Shown here piece after piece: positions 37,227-48,400 of a stretch of DNA of 64,000 nt. Under the pieces are notes generated by a model, which did no database searches, was not told where the DNA came from, and worked only from the letters and a program-made list of their open reading frames with translations. The first letter of the stretch is position 1, and each line of letters starts with the position of its first letter. The stretch covers positions 530,111 to 594,110 of the forward strand of contig CAZQXB010000001.1 in NCBI GenBank assembly GCA_964597575.1, read 5' to 3'. The DNA comes from an uncultured Gammaproteobacteria bacterium. GTDB lineage: Bacteria; Patescibacteriota; Patescibacteriia; Magasanikbacterales; UBA922. The position numbers were made by a program, and so were the translations under genes.

Positions 37227-38588
37227 ATGACTGTATTTGCCTCACTGAAACATACTTGGCATCTTTTTTGGGCGTATTATGGCGCTCTTCGTTTTTGGTT
37301 TCCTTCAGGTAAATTGTATGTGATTGGAGTGACTGGAACGAGCGGGAAATCAAGCGTCGTTCAGCATCTTCGCCTTATGCTTGAATCACGAGGTTTTCGT
37401 GTAGGGTCGCTTTCGACCGTGGATTTTGTTATCGCCGGAAAACAAACCTTGAATGCAGAAAAAATGACAATGCTTGGCCGTGCCCGCACGCAAGCTTTTT
37501 TGCACCAGATGGTTCTCGAAAAATGCGATATTGCCATTGTTGAGACATCTTCCCAGGGGGTCCTTCAAAGTCGTCACCGAGGAATTCATTACGATACCAT
37601 TCTCTTGACCAATTTTTATCCCGAGCATATTGAGGCTCACGGAGGATATGACAAGTATCGAGAGGCAAAGGCGAAAATTTTTTCCTACATTGCTCAAAGT
37701 AAAAGAAAAAAGAGGAAGAAGCTTTCAGAAAAAATACGCGCTCGGTTTTCTTCGAAAGTACCCAAAGTCTGTGTGGCAAATGCAGAAGCTGGCGACCTTA
37801 CATACTTTGTAAACCACCCTTTTGACGAGGTTTATTTTGTGGAAAAAGAAGGTGGGGTGCCCTCAGGCGTGGAAGGCAATAAAAAAATTCATGAACTCGT
37901 AATAAAAAATATTTCACGGGAAGGGGAGGGGCAGGTGTGGGAAGTGAACGGTACTCGCGCCACGACCCGATTGCTCGGTCCTTTTGAGCCAACCAACATT
38001 TCTCTTTGTATTGGCACTCTCATGGCGCTCGGTGAGACCTTACCTGAGGCGGGCCAAGCGGCAAGTGCCACTGAGCCAGTTCCGGGGCGCATAGAATCAA
38101 TACCGGAAGCCAAGCCTCTTCAGTTTACCGCGATTGTTGATTACGCGTTTGAGCCGGTCGCTATGCGCGCGCTCTACGAGGTTGCTGAGGCACTACCCCA
38201 TAAACGGATTATTCATGTGTTTGGATCGACTGGCGGGGGGCGCGATGTCGCACGTAGATTTACCGTAGGTGCTTTGGTTGGAAATAAAGCGAGTGTCTGC
38301 ATTGTAACAGATGAGGACCCGTATGATGATAATCCAATGGATATTATCAATGACGTGGCAAGTGCGGTTCGTTCAACTGGAAAAATTGATGGGGAGACCC
38401 TTTTTGTTATCCCTGACCGAGAGGAGGCTATTTTTTCCGCTATTCGTATGGCAGAAAAAGATGACATTGTCCTTGTGACGGGAAAGGGTTCTGAACAAGC
38501 CATGGTCGTAAAAGGTAAATTAATTCCCTGGGACGACCGTCATATTGTACGTACCGCCTGTGCGCGGAAACAAGCTCAAACGCTATGA
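37227..38588 (+). CDS. murE: MurE-like Mur ligase with a short N-terminus
   Basis: VIGVTGTSGKSS P-loop. VETSSQGVLQSRHRG and TNFYPEHIEAHGGYDKYREAKAKIF. C-terminal VDYAFEP...VFGSTGGGRD...VTGKGSEQAMVVKG...PWDDR. Confidence 0.75.
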   Translation: MTVFASLKHTWHLFWAYYGALRFWFPSGKLYVIGVTGTSGKSSVVQHLRLMLESRGFRVGSLSTVDFVIAGKQTLNAEKMTMLGRARTQAFLHQMVLEKCDIAIVETSSQGVLQSRHRGIHYDTILLTNFYPEHIEAHGGYDKYREAKAKIFSYIAQSKRKKRKKLSEKIRARFSSKVPKVCVANAEAGDLTYFVNHPFDEVYFVEKEGGVPSGVEGNKKIHELVIKNISREGEGQVWEVNGTRATTRLLGPFEPTNISLCIGTLMALGETLPEAGQAASATEPVPGRIESIPEAKPLQFTAIVDYAFEPVAMRALYEVAEALPHKRIIHVFGSTGGGRDVARRFTVGALVGNKASVCIVTDEDPYDDNPMDIINDVASAVRSTGKIDGETLFVIPDREEAIFSAIRMAEKDDIVLVTGKGSEQAMVVKGKLIPWDDRHIVRTACARKQAQTL

Positions 38589-38980
38589 GCCCGAAATCCC
38601 CTCGTCGTGCATGGCAGTCTCGAGTTTTTCTCGGCATCCTTTTTACCGCTGCTGTACTTCTTGTCTTTGCGAATATTCGTACCTATTCGCGAGATGCAGA
38701 GCTTCGCCAGGAAATTCGTGATCTTGAGATGCAGAAAAAGAATTTATCACAAAAACAACTTGAGTCCATTGAACTCCTTGAATATGTCATGAACGATCAA
38801 TTTGTGGAAGACGCTGCAAGGACGGAATTGCATATGAAAAAACCGGATGAGAATGTTATTGTGGTTCGAACAGAGGGAGTCGAGATTGTTTCTTCAACAG
38901 AGAAAATGACGCCTAGACAGCGCCGAACCAATCCGATACAATGGTGGTACTATTTTGTTTATCGTGAACGAGCCTTCTAA
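38585..38980 (+). CDS. FtsB/DivIC-like septum-formation initiator
   Basis: N-terminal TM, coiled coil (EIRDLEMQKKNLSQKQLE) and the C-terminal motif EYVMNDQFVEDAARTELHMKKPDENVIVV. Confidence 0.55.
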   Translation: MSPKSPRRAWQSRVFLGILFTAAVLLVFANIRTYSRDAELRQEIRDLEMQKKNLSQKQLESIELLEYVMNDQFVEDAARTELHMKKPDENVIVVRTEGVEIVSSTEKMTPRQRRTNPIQWWYYFVYRERAF

Positions 38981-38996
38981 TTTTATTATTATAGAT

Positions 38997-40004
38997 ATGG
39001 AATCAAATCAACCTCAAATCGCTCCTGAAGCAAAAACAATGCCAAAAAATCCTATCCTTTATTTTGCGGCCGGGCTTATTTGCGTTATCCTTGTGGTTTT
39101 GATTGGCACCTATGTATGGGCGAGACAAGCGTTATCCGTTCTTCCTGCTCCAGCATCAGCTCTCAAGGTGGCTGATACGTTAAATATAGCGGTCGTGAGT
39201 GTGAATGGGGAAAAAGTACCTTATACAACGTATTACCGAGCTTATGAACGCCTTAAGGCTGCTGCAGCGAGCCAGCCAGTTAATCCAGCTCCAACAGAAC
39301 AAGAAATTTCTGATACGGCCCTTCTTCAAGTTGCTGGCACCGTTATTATGAATGATGTTGCAAAGAAGCTTCAGGTGGAGGTAACGGAAAAAGATATGGC
39401 TGATGCAAAAGAGTATCTCTTGACCTCAAGTAACATGAGTGAAGAGGATACCAATGCCTTTTTACAAAACACATTCGGCCTTTCTCTTTCTGAGTATCTC
39501 GATGAGGTGGGTCGTCCAGCCATTTTAGAACAAAAAATGTTAGCCGCATTTGCTTCGACCACTGACTCTGAGTTTGCAAATGCAATTGATCCGGTCGTAA
39601 CCGCTCGGCACATTTTGTTTCGGGTAAATACGACAACTCTTGATGCTGAAGCCATGCAAGGAGCAAAAGATACGATTGCTCGTTTAGATAAAGGTGAGGA
39701 CTTTACAAAACTTGCGGCTGAACTTGGAAACGATGAGGCGACCAAGAAAGCAGGAGGTTCTTTGGGGTCATTTGGACCAGGGCGTTTAATGAAAACATTT
39801 GAAGATGCAGTATTTGCTCTCAAAACCGGAGAATACTCGAAGGAGCCTATCAAGACAGAGTTTGGCTACCATGTGGTTCGAGTAGATGAACGCCGTGATG
39901 AGAGAAATTTAGGAGCATACGTACGGAAACAGGTAAAAGATGCGAAGATTAAAGTCCTTCTTCCGATCCATAGTCCGTTTGACGAATTACAAAAATCTCT
40001 ATAA
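38997..40004 (+). CDS. Parvulin-type peptidyl-prolyl cis-trans isomerase (PrsA/SurA-like), membrane anchored
   Basis: Start moved to MESNQPQ. The PpiC domain reads ARHILFRVN...GGSLGSFGPGRLMKTFEDAVFALKTGEYS...GYHVVRV. Confidence 0.75.
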   Translation: MESNQPQIAPEAKTMPKNPILYFAAGLICVILVVLIGTYVWARQALSVLPAPASALKVADTLNIAVVSVNGEKVPYTTYYRAYERLKAAAASQPVNPAPTEQEISDTALLQVAGTVIMNDVAKKLQVEVTEKDMADAKEYLLTSSNMSEEDTNAFLQNTFGLSLSEYLDEVGRPAILEQKMLAAFASTTDSEFANAIDPVVTARHILFRVNTTTLDAEAMQGAKDTIARLDKGEDFTKLAAELGNDEATKKAGGSLGSFGPGRLMKTFEDAVFALKTGEYSKEPIKTEFGYHVVRVDERRDERNLGAYVRKQVKDAKIKVLLPIHSPFDELQKSL

Positions 40005-40041
40005 TATATTGGCTACCCTTCGAAAGGGTAGCCCTTAAAAT

Positions 40042-40115
40042 GCGGGATTAGTACAGTGGTAGTATGTTGGCTTCCCAAGCCAAAGATGCCAGTTCGATTC
40101 TGGTATCCCGCTCCA
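40042..40115 (+). tRNA. tRNA-Gly (anticodon CCC), 74 nt with CCA
   Basis: Acceptor GCGGGAU/AUCCCGC, anticodon stem UUGGC/GCCAA with loop UUCCCAA, T-arm GCCAG-UUCGAUU-CUGGU. Confidence 0.9.
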
Positions 40116-40276
40116 GGCATAAGCATTGTTTTTGTATAAAACATCTTGTGCCGTAATTTTTGAGTGCTGATAACAGAATTGAACTCAGGGAAGGGTGAAA
40201 CCGTGAGGTTTCGCTTGTTGAAAAAGAGATTTGAGAAACCTGAAGGTGTCTCAAAGAGCCCGAAGGGCGAGTGAGT

Positions 40277-40293
40277 ATTCTGGTATCCCGCTC
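40277..40293 (+). repeat. 17-nt perfect direct repeat of the tRNA-Gly 3-prime end (ATTCTGGTATCCCGCTC)
   Basis: The same 17-mer occurs at 40097-40113 (T-loop/acceptor 3-prime half of tRNA-Gly) and again at 40277-40293. This is the arrangement expected for attL/attR-like scars of tRNA-targeted integration. Confidence 0.5.
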
Positions 40294-40316
40294 AAAGTGC
40301 CTCAACACTTTGACAA

Positions 40317-40389
40317 GCCGAGATAGCTCAGTTGGTAGAGCGGCACATTCGTAACGTGCAGGCCGTGGGTTCGATCCCCATTCTTGGCT
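40317..40389 (+). tRNA. tRNA-Thr (anticodon CGU), 73 nt, CCA not encoded
   Basis: Acceptor GCCGAGA/UCUUGGC, D-arm GCUC/GAGC, anticodon loop UUCGUAA, T-arm GUGGG-UUCGAUC-CCCAU. One A31:C39 mismatch lies in the anticodon stem. Confidence 0.75.
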
Positions 40390-40616
40390 CAAACAAATAA
40401 AACCACCATAAAAGTGGTTTCATGATGTTCAAGATATGTTGATGTCGAGGTTTTATCCTGCGCGAGGTGATTAGTTTTTGCTACTATCTCATGATGAAAT
40501 AGGGGAAAAGAAGTTCAGGAAAACGTATTCGCTAAAAAACGCCTCATCCGAGGCGTTTTTTATACACAATGAGTCCATCGTGCCCTACATCTCAACTTAT
40601 GCTATACTTGGTGTAT

Positions 40617-41297
40617 ATGATTACGCTCAGCGATGTTTCTAAACTCTATACCAAAGATAGTGTTGGAGTTCGTAATATTGATCTCCATATTGATGCCGGA
40701 GAGTTTGTGTCTGTAGTAGGCCAAAGTGGAACCGGAAAGACAACATTGGTAAAGCTTCTTATTGCTGAGGAACGCCCTTCAAAAGGAAAAATTAATATCG
40801 GGGGTTGGGACATTACGAAAATTGCCCACCGCCATATTCCACTTTTACGACGCCAAATCGGAGTCATTTTTCAAGATTTCAAACTTCTTCCTAAAAAAAC
40901 CGTATCAGAAAATGTTCGATTTGCTCTTGAGGTGGCAGGGGAGTCGAGCAAGCGTATTCGGGAAGTAGTGCCGCGGGTGCTCGACATTGTGGGTTTGGCC
41001 CACAAAGAAGAGCGTTTTCCACATCAACTTTCTGGAGGAGAGCAACAGCGTGTAGCAATTGCCCGTGCCCTTGTCCATCGACCAAAGATTTTAGTAGGCG
41101 ATGAACCAACAGGAAATCTCGATACGATCAACACTCACGAGGTTATTGAAATTCTGAAAAAAATTAATGAGTTTGGTACGACGATTGTACTCGTGACTCA
41201 CAATCGTGATGTGGTAAATCAATTAAAAAAACGCGTGATAACGATTCACGATGGCCGTATTGTCGCAGATGAAGCGAGTGGCCGATATCGCCTTTAA
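40617..41297 (+). CDS. ftsE: Cell-division ABC ATPase FtsE
   Basis: Start moved to [40 protein letters not shown] and the Walker B motif [12 protein letters not shown]. Confidence 0.8.
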   Translation: MITLSDVSKLYTKDSVGVRNIDLHIDAGEFVSVVGQSGTGKTTLVKLLIAEERPSKGKINIGGWDITKIAHRHIPLLRRQIGVIFQDFKLLPKKTVSENVRFALEVAGESSKRIREVVPRVLDIVGLAHKEERFPHQLSGGEQQRVAIARALVHRPKILVGDEPTGNLDTINTHEVIEILKKINEFGTTIVLVTHNRDVVNQLKKRVITIHDGRIVADEASGRYRL

Positions 41298-41303
41298 TCT
41301 TCT

Positions 41304-42212
41304 ATGGTTACTTTCTTTCGTGCCATTCGGTTTGCCCTGCAAGATATTTATCGAAACTTTAGTTTATCGATCATGACGGTCCTTATTTTGGTCCTCATGC
41401 TGTTGTCGGTAAATACGCTTCTTACGGTTCGGGTGCTCACTATTGAGGCGACCCAAGTCGTGAAAGATCAGGTGGATGTGAGCGTTTTCTTTGCTAAGGA
41501 CGCAACCGAGAAGCAGATTAATGAAATCCGCGAATATATTCGTACGTTTCCAGAAGTCGTGGATGAGAAGTTTTATACCCCAGAAGAAGTGCTGGCGGAT
41601 TTTCGCGCTGAATATGCGTATAATCAAACTATCCTTGCCTCACTTGAGGAATTAGGGGATAACCCACTAGGGTCAATGCTTATTATAAAGACCCGTACTC
41701 CAGAGGATTATCAAAAGATCATTACTGCGCTTAGTGTTCCAGAATACGAGAAGACCATTGAAGCCAAGACTTTTTCTGATACGGAAAAGGCGATTAGTCG
41801 AATTCACACCATTACGAGCCAAGTAGAAAAGTTTAGTGTTGTTGTAACGGGGTTGTTTGCCCTCATTGCCTTCATTATCATCTTTAATACGGTTCGGGTG
41901 GCTATTTATACTCAAAGAATCGAAATTACCATTAAAAAGTTGGTGGGGGCCTCAAACTGGTTTGTACGGAGCCCATACGTTATTGAGGCACTTGTGTTTA
42001 CAGTTCTTAGCCTTATGATTACTGGGGTCATTGTCTACTTTGCTATAGGGCTTTTAGAACCTCAGGTAACCAAGGTTTTTGGCGAGGTTGGCATATTGAC
42101 AAACTATTTTTACTCCAATATACTAGTCCTCGTTGGCGCCGAAACGCTTGCGGTTTTAGTTCTAACGACAACATCGAGCGTTCTCGCTATGGGCAAGTAT
42201 CTCCGCTCGTAG
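41304..42212 (+). CDS. ftsX: Cell-division permease-like protein FtsX
   Basis: Four-TM FtsX topology with a large extracellular loop, directly downstream of ftsE. Confidence 0.75.
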   Translation: MVTFFRAIRFALQDIYRNFSLSIMTVLILVLMLLSVNTLLTVRVLTIEATQVVKDQVDVSVFFAKDATEKQINEIREYIRTFPEVVDEKFYTPEEVLADFRAEYAYNQTILASLEELGDNPLGSMLIIKTRTPEDYQKIITALSVPEYEKTIEAKTFSDTEKAISRIHTITSQVEKFSVVVTGLFALIAFIIIFNTVRVAIYTQRIEITIKKLVGASNWFVRSPYVIEALVFTVLSLMITGVIVYFAIGLLEPQVTKVFGEVGILTNYFYSNILVLVGAETLAVLVLTTTSSVLAMGKYLRS

Positions 42213-42225
42213 TTTGGCACTACAA

Positions 42226-42297
42226 TCGGGGATCGTCTAATGGTAGGACAGAGGCCTTTGAAGCCTTCAATCGGGGTTCGAATCCCTGTCCCCGAAC
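42226..42297 (+). tRNA. tRNA-Gln (anticodon UUG), 72 nt, CCA not encoded
   Basis: Acceptor UCGGGGA/UCCCCGA, anticodon stem GAGGC/GCCUU with loop CUUUGAA, T-arm CGGGG-UUCGAAU-CCCUG. Confidence 0.85.
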
Positions 42298-42349
42298 AAG
42301 GTGTACGATAAAGTCGTATACCCAATTACATGGTACAAATAATACAGAT

Positions 42350-42421
42350 TCGGAGGTAGCTCAGCGGTAGAGCAGTTGGCTGTTAACCAATTGGTCGTGG
42401 GTTCGAGCCCCACCCTCCGAG
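42350..42421 (+). tRNA. tRNA-Asn (anticodon GUU), 72 nt, CCA not encoded
   Basis: Acceptor UCGGAGG/CCUCCGA, D-arm GCUC/GAGC, anticodon loop CUGUUAA, T-arm GUGGG-UUCGAGC-CCCAC. Confidence 0.9.
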
Positions 42422-42465
42422 CAGATGAATAGTTTGGGCAATAGTACGTTGATTTTTAACACGTC

Positions 42466-45400
42466 TTGTCCGCGAAAAACACCACGGCGCAGGCCGTGGT
42501 GTTTACTATTATTATGGAAAATGTATCGAGTGGAAGCGAAGTATCAGGACCAAAAGGTATAGAGCGTTGGTTACGTAAAGCACCGCAAATACCAAGAAAA
42601 CCTTTTTTAGTGGCACTGCTTCTTATTGCACTTGGCCTTCTCGCTCTTCTTGTTTATTTGAATCGCTCCAGCATTGCCTTTACTCCGAAACCAGAATATA
42701 CCACGGCCTATTCTTTGGTTGCTCCAAGTATTTCTGAAAGTGCAAACATCGTTGTCCATTTGCCGAAAGGAGTAGACGCAGAGCAGGCAAAAAATAACAT
42801 TACTTTCCACCCGGGTATTAAAGGGGAGTGGGTACTCGCCTCAACCGTAGATAGTGTTGTGTATAATCCAGAAAAGAAACTAAGCGTTGGCAAATATTAT
42901 ACCGTTACACTTACGTCCCCAGAGGGAACTATCGGAAAAGACTTTTTAGCTGAGGAAGACCCTGCTGTTGCTGCTGTTTTTCCGAAAGCAGACACAGAAA
43001 CCCATGAAAAAACAAATATCACCGTCGTATTTAATCGTCCGATGATCCCAGTTTCAACGGTTGATAAGACTGCGGAGAAAGAAATTCCTCTTGTCATTGA
43101 GCCAGCAACTCCTGGTCGGTTTAAATGGGTCGGAACACGGACGGTGCAGTTTATCCCAGAGACAACACTCAAAGCATCAACGAACTATCGCATTTCTATT
43201 CCAGATAGCCTGCCTTCCCTTGAAGGCATTCGTATCGCGAGTGTGGCGCCAGTAACATTCACCACTCGGCATCTTCGGTACGATGCTTTATCTCATGGGA
43301 GCCTTCGGTACAACCAACCAGTGCGTATTCAGTTCAATCAACCGGTTGATTTAGAAAAAACAGCAAGGGAGATTACTCTTGTAAAAATAAAAGGGGAGGA
43401 TAGAGAAAATGTTGAGGCGGAAATTGAATATGGCACAAAAGCGGTTTTTAATACCGAGAAAAACGTGTATGAAACGGTACAGGATACGTCCGCAGTCAAT
43501 GTCTTTCAGAAAAAAGATACGCATGGACGAAAAAAACTTTGGGATTTTACAGAAAATTATACAGTGACGATTAAGAAAGCCTATCCTGTTGATGGGGATA
43601 TTATCCTCGCAGAGGAACGCAGCACTTCTGTTATAATTACCGGTGTTATTGAATCACTTACCGCGAATTCTCCTCGTACCGGTTTTGCTGCTCCGAACTT
43701 TTTTGACCCTGAGGGTCAGCTGGTTCTTAGGTTTTTTGAGGATATCAATATTGATAAAAGTGCAATCGACGCCCCACACATTACCTCGCTTACCTACGGA
43801 GAAAAATGTCCTGATACAGGAGAGCAGGGTGAGAAAGGGGAGTCGTTCTTTTATTCGGATGTTCCCTGTGAGAAGGTTCCAGATAAGCGCACCGTTCTTT
43901 TAACGGTTGATAAAAGTAAGTTTACCTTAGGAGACACGTTTCAGCTTGTGTTGAAACGTATCGTGAATATGGAAGGGCTTACGATTAATCCGGATGTGAT
44001 CAGAAATGATATTAAGCTTCCCCCGGTTCTTAAAGTTCGACAACCGACAAATGGGGTCGTTGTGCCAGCATACGGAAATATAACCACACTTGAAAGCCTT
44101 GTTTTTTGCAGTAACAGCCCGATTGAGAAGAACTACGGGAAGACGGCTCCAGGAGTAACAGCGACCCCAGGCTTTGAAAAAGCCCCTACATGGAATAAAT
44201 CCATGCTTATCCCAGAGCCTATCCCAGAGAACATCAGTGTTGGGTATTACGTTTGTAATCCTGGGGAATTTCAAACAGAGCTCAGTTACGGACTTGCTCC
44301 TGAAACAGCGTACACGCTTTCTGTTCCGACAGAAGATCCCTTTGGTTCAAAAGAACTGGTGACTGTTCCCTTAAAAACAGGAAAAATGCCGGGAGTGAAT
44401 CTCACCTTCTTTCATTTACAGAAAAATTACACGGTTACGACTCCTCTCAAAACAAAGTTGACATACGCTACTCAGAACATGGAGTTTATCGATGTCCATG
44501 TATGTAAAGTCAGCTCGGAAACACTTCTTAAATATGTAACCGTCGGAGGTCCGCAGTTCTACGAGGGTCCAGGTACGGTTGGTCCGTGTATTTCTACGGT
44601 TACAAAACGAATTCCTATCGATCGTCATTTTTGGGTAAACAACTATGTACAGGTTGATTTGAAAGAGTTTAGTTCTGATATTTTAGGAAGTTATGTTGTC
44701 ACTCTTTCTCACCCTGACTATCGTGAGCCCTACGCACAACAAAGACCGGTGTTTGAGCGTACGTTTGTTTCTGTGACGAATCTGTCAGTTGTAGAAAAGA
44801 AAATTGAGCTTCATGAGAACCAGTATGCCCCAGAAGGGTTACAAGAAGGGGTGGATAATGCAAAACGTCAGGCTCTCTCTAATATCTATTGGGTAACCGA
44901 CAGTAAAACACTTGCTCCAGTTTTAGGAGCACGAATTTCTGTATTTACCTCTCAAAACAAACCAGGAGCAAACTTCGTCGAGTCAGGGACAATTGTGAAT
45001 ACCGGAAAAGATGGACTGGCAACGGCGTTGCCAAGAACTGATCAGATTGGAGTGGTGGTGTCGATTCCCGGTGACAGCACGATTTTGCCGTCAAATTCAG
45101 TGCAATTACAATACGGGACGTATGCTCAGCAGTCAGAATCATACTACGTGTATACTGATCGTCCGATTTATCGGCCTACTCATGAGGTATTTATCAAAGG
45201 ATTATACCGAGGAGGGTATGACGGTGCATATGAAATACTACAAGGAAAAAAAATAACAATTAAGGTGTACGATAGTAGTTCGAAAGAACTTCTCTCAGAA
45301 GAAGTGTCGGTAAGTGATTTTGGCACATTTGAAACCCGTCTCGTCTTGCCAAAAGATGCACCGCTCGGCTCCTATCGCATTCAGGCTGGAAACAATGGAT

Positions 45401-48400
45401 ACGGTTCATTTGAGGTCGAAGAATATGTACCAGCAGCGTTTAAGGTTGACGCAAAAGCAACTCAAGAAGAGTATGTAACCGGAGACGCTGTTTCGGTTGA
45501 TATTGATGCTGCGTACTATTTCGGTGCACCGGTAGAGGGGGGTACGATCGAGTACTCTCTTGGAAGTCAAAATTATTATTTCGACAAATATCGTGACGAA
45601 TACTTTACCTTTGGTTCTGGCTGGTATAGCTGTTATCGGGAGTGCAACTACGGAGACAAGTTTATTCTCCGTAATCGAGTTTCACTTGGGGCAAATGGAA
45701 AAGCGCGTATTACGCACACCTTGGATTTTAAAAAGATTTTTCCAAATGAAGATGATCGTCAGAGTAAGATTGTCGTAATGTACATCACCGTAAAGAATAC
45801 GAGTGGACAGAGCATTACCAAACAAGTTTCCTTTATTGTTCATGGGGGCGACTACTATCTTGGTTTGGCTACCGACAAGTTTTTTGGTTCAAAGAATGAT
45901 CCTGTCGGCATGAAAGTAAAATCGGTAGACATAAAAGGGAAGCCCTTGCGTGTACGAGACATTACGCTTGCCTGGAACAAGGTAAGCTATACGTATGCGA
46001 AGCGCCAAGAAGTTGATGGTGGATTCTATTATAATTGGGAACAAAAATTCACCTCTGTATATAACGAAACCTTTTCTACAAATGGTGACGGAAATTGGTC
46101 TGGAACGTACACGCCGACAGAACAAGGAGAGTACGAGCTGAAATTGAGTGGTGTAGACAGTCGTGGTAATACGATTCAAACCAAAACACGGCTTTACATC
46201 ACGGGAAGTGAGCAGGCTGGTGAAGGTTTGGTGCAGCCGACGAACGATACGAGTTTAGAAATTGTTACGGATAAGGCAAGTTTAGGAGTGGGGGATACAG
46301 CGAATATTATTATCAAATCCCCATTTCAGCAGGCGAAAGCACTGGTTGCTGTTGAGCGTGGGCAGGTGTTCCATTATGAAGTTGTTGATGTAAAATACGG
46401 TCTTCATAAATACTCATTCCCTATTAAAGAGGCGTATGTGCCAAATGTATATGCTTCGGTTACTCTCCTTTCCGACTCTCCAGAAGTAAAATCAGGAAAT
46501 ATTGCTTTTCAAATTAATACCCGGAAGAAAGAAATAGACATTGTTGCAAAACCAAATAAAAAGGAGTACTTGCCGGGGGAAGAGGTAACGATTACGTTTA
46601 CCGCCAAAGATTCTGATGGGAAGCCTGTGGAAACAGAACTTTCGGCCGCTGTGGTTGACATGAGCGTTCTTGCTCTCAAAGGGAACCCAAAAAAGAATCC
46701 GGTGATGTTTTTTTACGGCGGCTTTCCTTTAACGGTTTCAACGGCAAGCAATCTTAAAAATATTTTGCAACAAATTGAGGTTCCGAATGGCACGAAAGGC
46801 GGAGGCGGTAGCGAACCTGAAGATTTGGCGACGAAAAAGCGAGGGGAGTTTAAGGATACCGCTTTCTGGCAGGGTACACTGAAGACAGATAAAAATGGTC
46901 GAGCTACGGCCATATTCCGTTTACCAGATAACTTAACGACATGGCAATTAGAGAGTGTTGGTATTACAAAAGATACAAAGCTTGGGGTATCCTACAGTGA
47001 ATTTACGGCAAAAAAGAATCTCATGGTTGTCCCACTTTACCCACGCTTTGCTATTCCCGGCGACGAGTTTATGGTTGGAGCAAAAGTCTTTAACCAAACC
47101 GCTACCCGACAAACGTTCGCGGTAACATATGAGAGTGAGAATCTTCCGCTTGTGAAATCAGGGGATTCTAAGAAAAATATTACATTGGCTGCCAACGAAA
47201 CAAGAACTGTGTATTTTCGAGTAGCAACTGACGCTCATGAAAATAATGAAGAAGGGTATCGTCTTCAGTTTACGGTGGGAGCAAAAAATAGTCGCTATGA
47301 AGATACCGTGGAACAGTCCATTCTTCTGTCGAAAAATGCTACCTACGAAACACTCGCTACTGCTGGTGTATCTTCAGCAGATGCACTTCGAGAATCGGTG
47401 TATGTTCCAGGGAATATCATTCCTGACCGAGGTGAGCTCACCATTAAATCGAGTGCCACACTCGCAGTTTTCTTGTCAGACGCGATCAAGTTCTTAGTGC
47501 AGTACCCCTACAGCTCAACAGAAGAGATTGCGACGAAGCTTGAGGCAATTGCCGTGTATAAAGAGGGTATGGCCTTAAAGAATGTCGGAGACGCCTTCGG
47601 TACACCGACCGGTACATTTGATGGCATTACCTACTCAATGGACGAAATTGTTCAGCTGGGGCTTGCAAAACTCTATAAATACCAAACCACTGATGGCGGC
47701 TTCACCTATTACCAGCCTCAGTATGGATATGGAACGTACGGAATGCAGGGCGATGTATACCTTACGACACGTATTGCCCGTGCCTTAGATCGACTTGAGA
47801 AGGTTGGGTATACTATTGACAAAGAGAAGCAAAGATCAGTATTCCGATTTCTTGCCGCAGACTTCCAGTATCATGTTCAAAGAAATCCAATTTGGTATGA
47901 GCGCCATATCGCAGTTGCGTCAGCACTCTATGACCTTAAGAAATACGGCACCGTTCCTGCCTCTGTGCCAAATCAGATCCGCCTGATTCTCCGAGATGAA
48001 AAATATCTCAAAGAACGTATTGGAACACAGACTCTGGCCACGCTTAATTTACTTCTTTCTGCTGAGAAGAAAGAGTTTGGGAGTCGGGCAATAAATCAAA
48101 CACTGGATTTACTTGAAAATCGTATCGAAATCGATGCCCGGGGAGCATATGTGAAACCAAATGCAGAACTCATGTGGGAGTGTTATGAAACTCCAATTCG
48201 CGACACTGCACTTCTTGTGAAGGCTATGATTCGAGCTGATCGTTTAAGCGAAGTTACACCAAACATTATTCGTTGGTTGCTCGCAAGCCGAGATAAAAAT
48301 GGAGCGTGGAGTTCAACGATGAATACGATCTCTACTGCGGATGCTTTGGTTGAGTACCTCGGTTATTCGCGCGAAACTGAATCAGATTTTACTCTCTCGA

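Noticed and set aside
40317-40389. Doubt over the tRNA-Thr call because of an A31:C39 mismatch in the anticodon stem
   Set aside because: All other stems and invariant positions (U8, U33, the T-loop UUCGAUC) are intact. A single non-Watson-Crick 31:39 pair is tolerated in many tRNAs, so the call is kept at reduced confidence.
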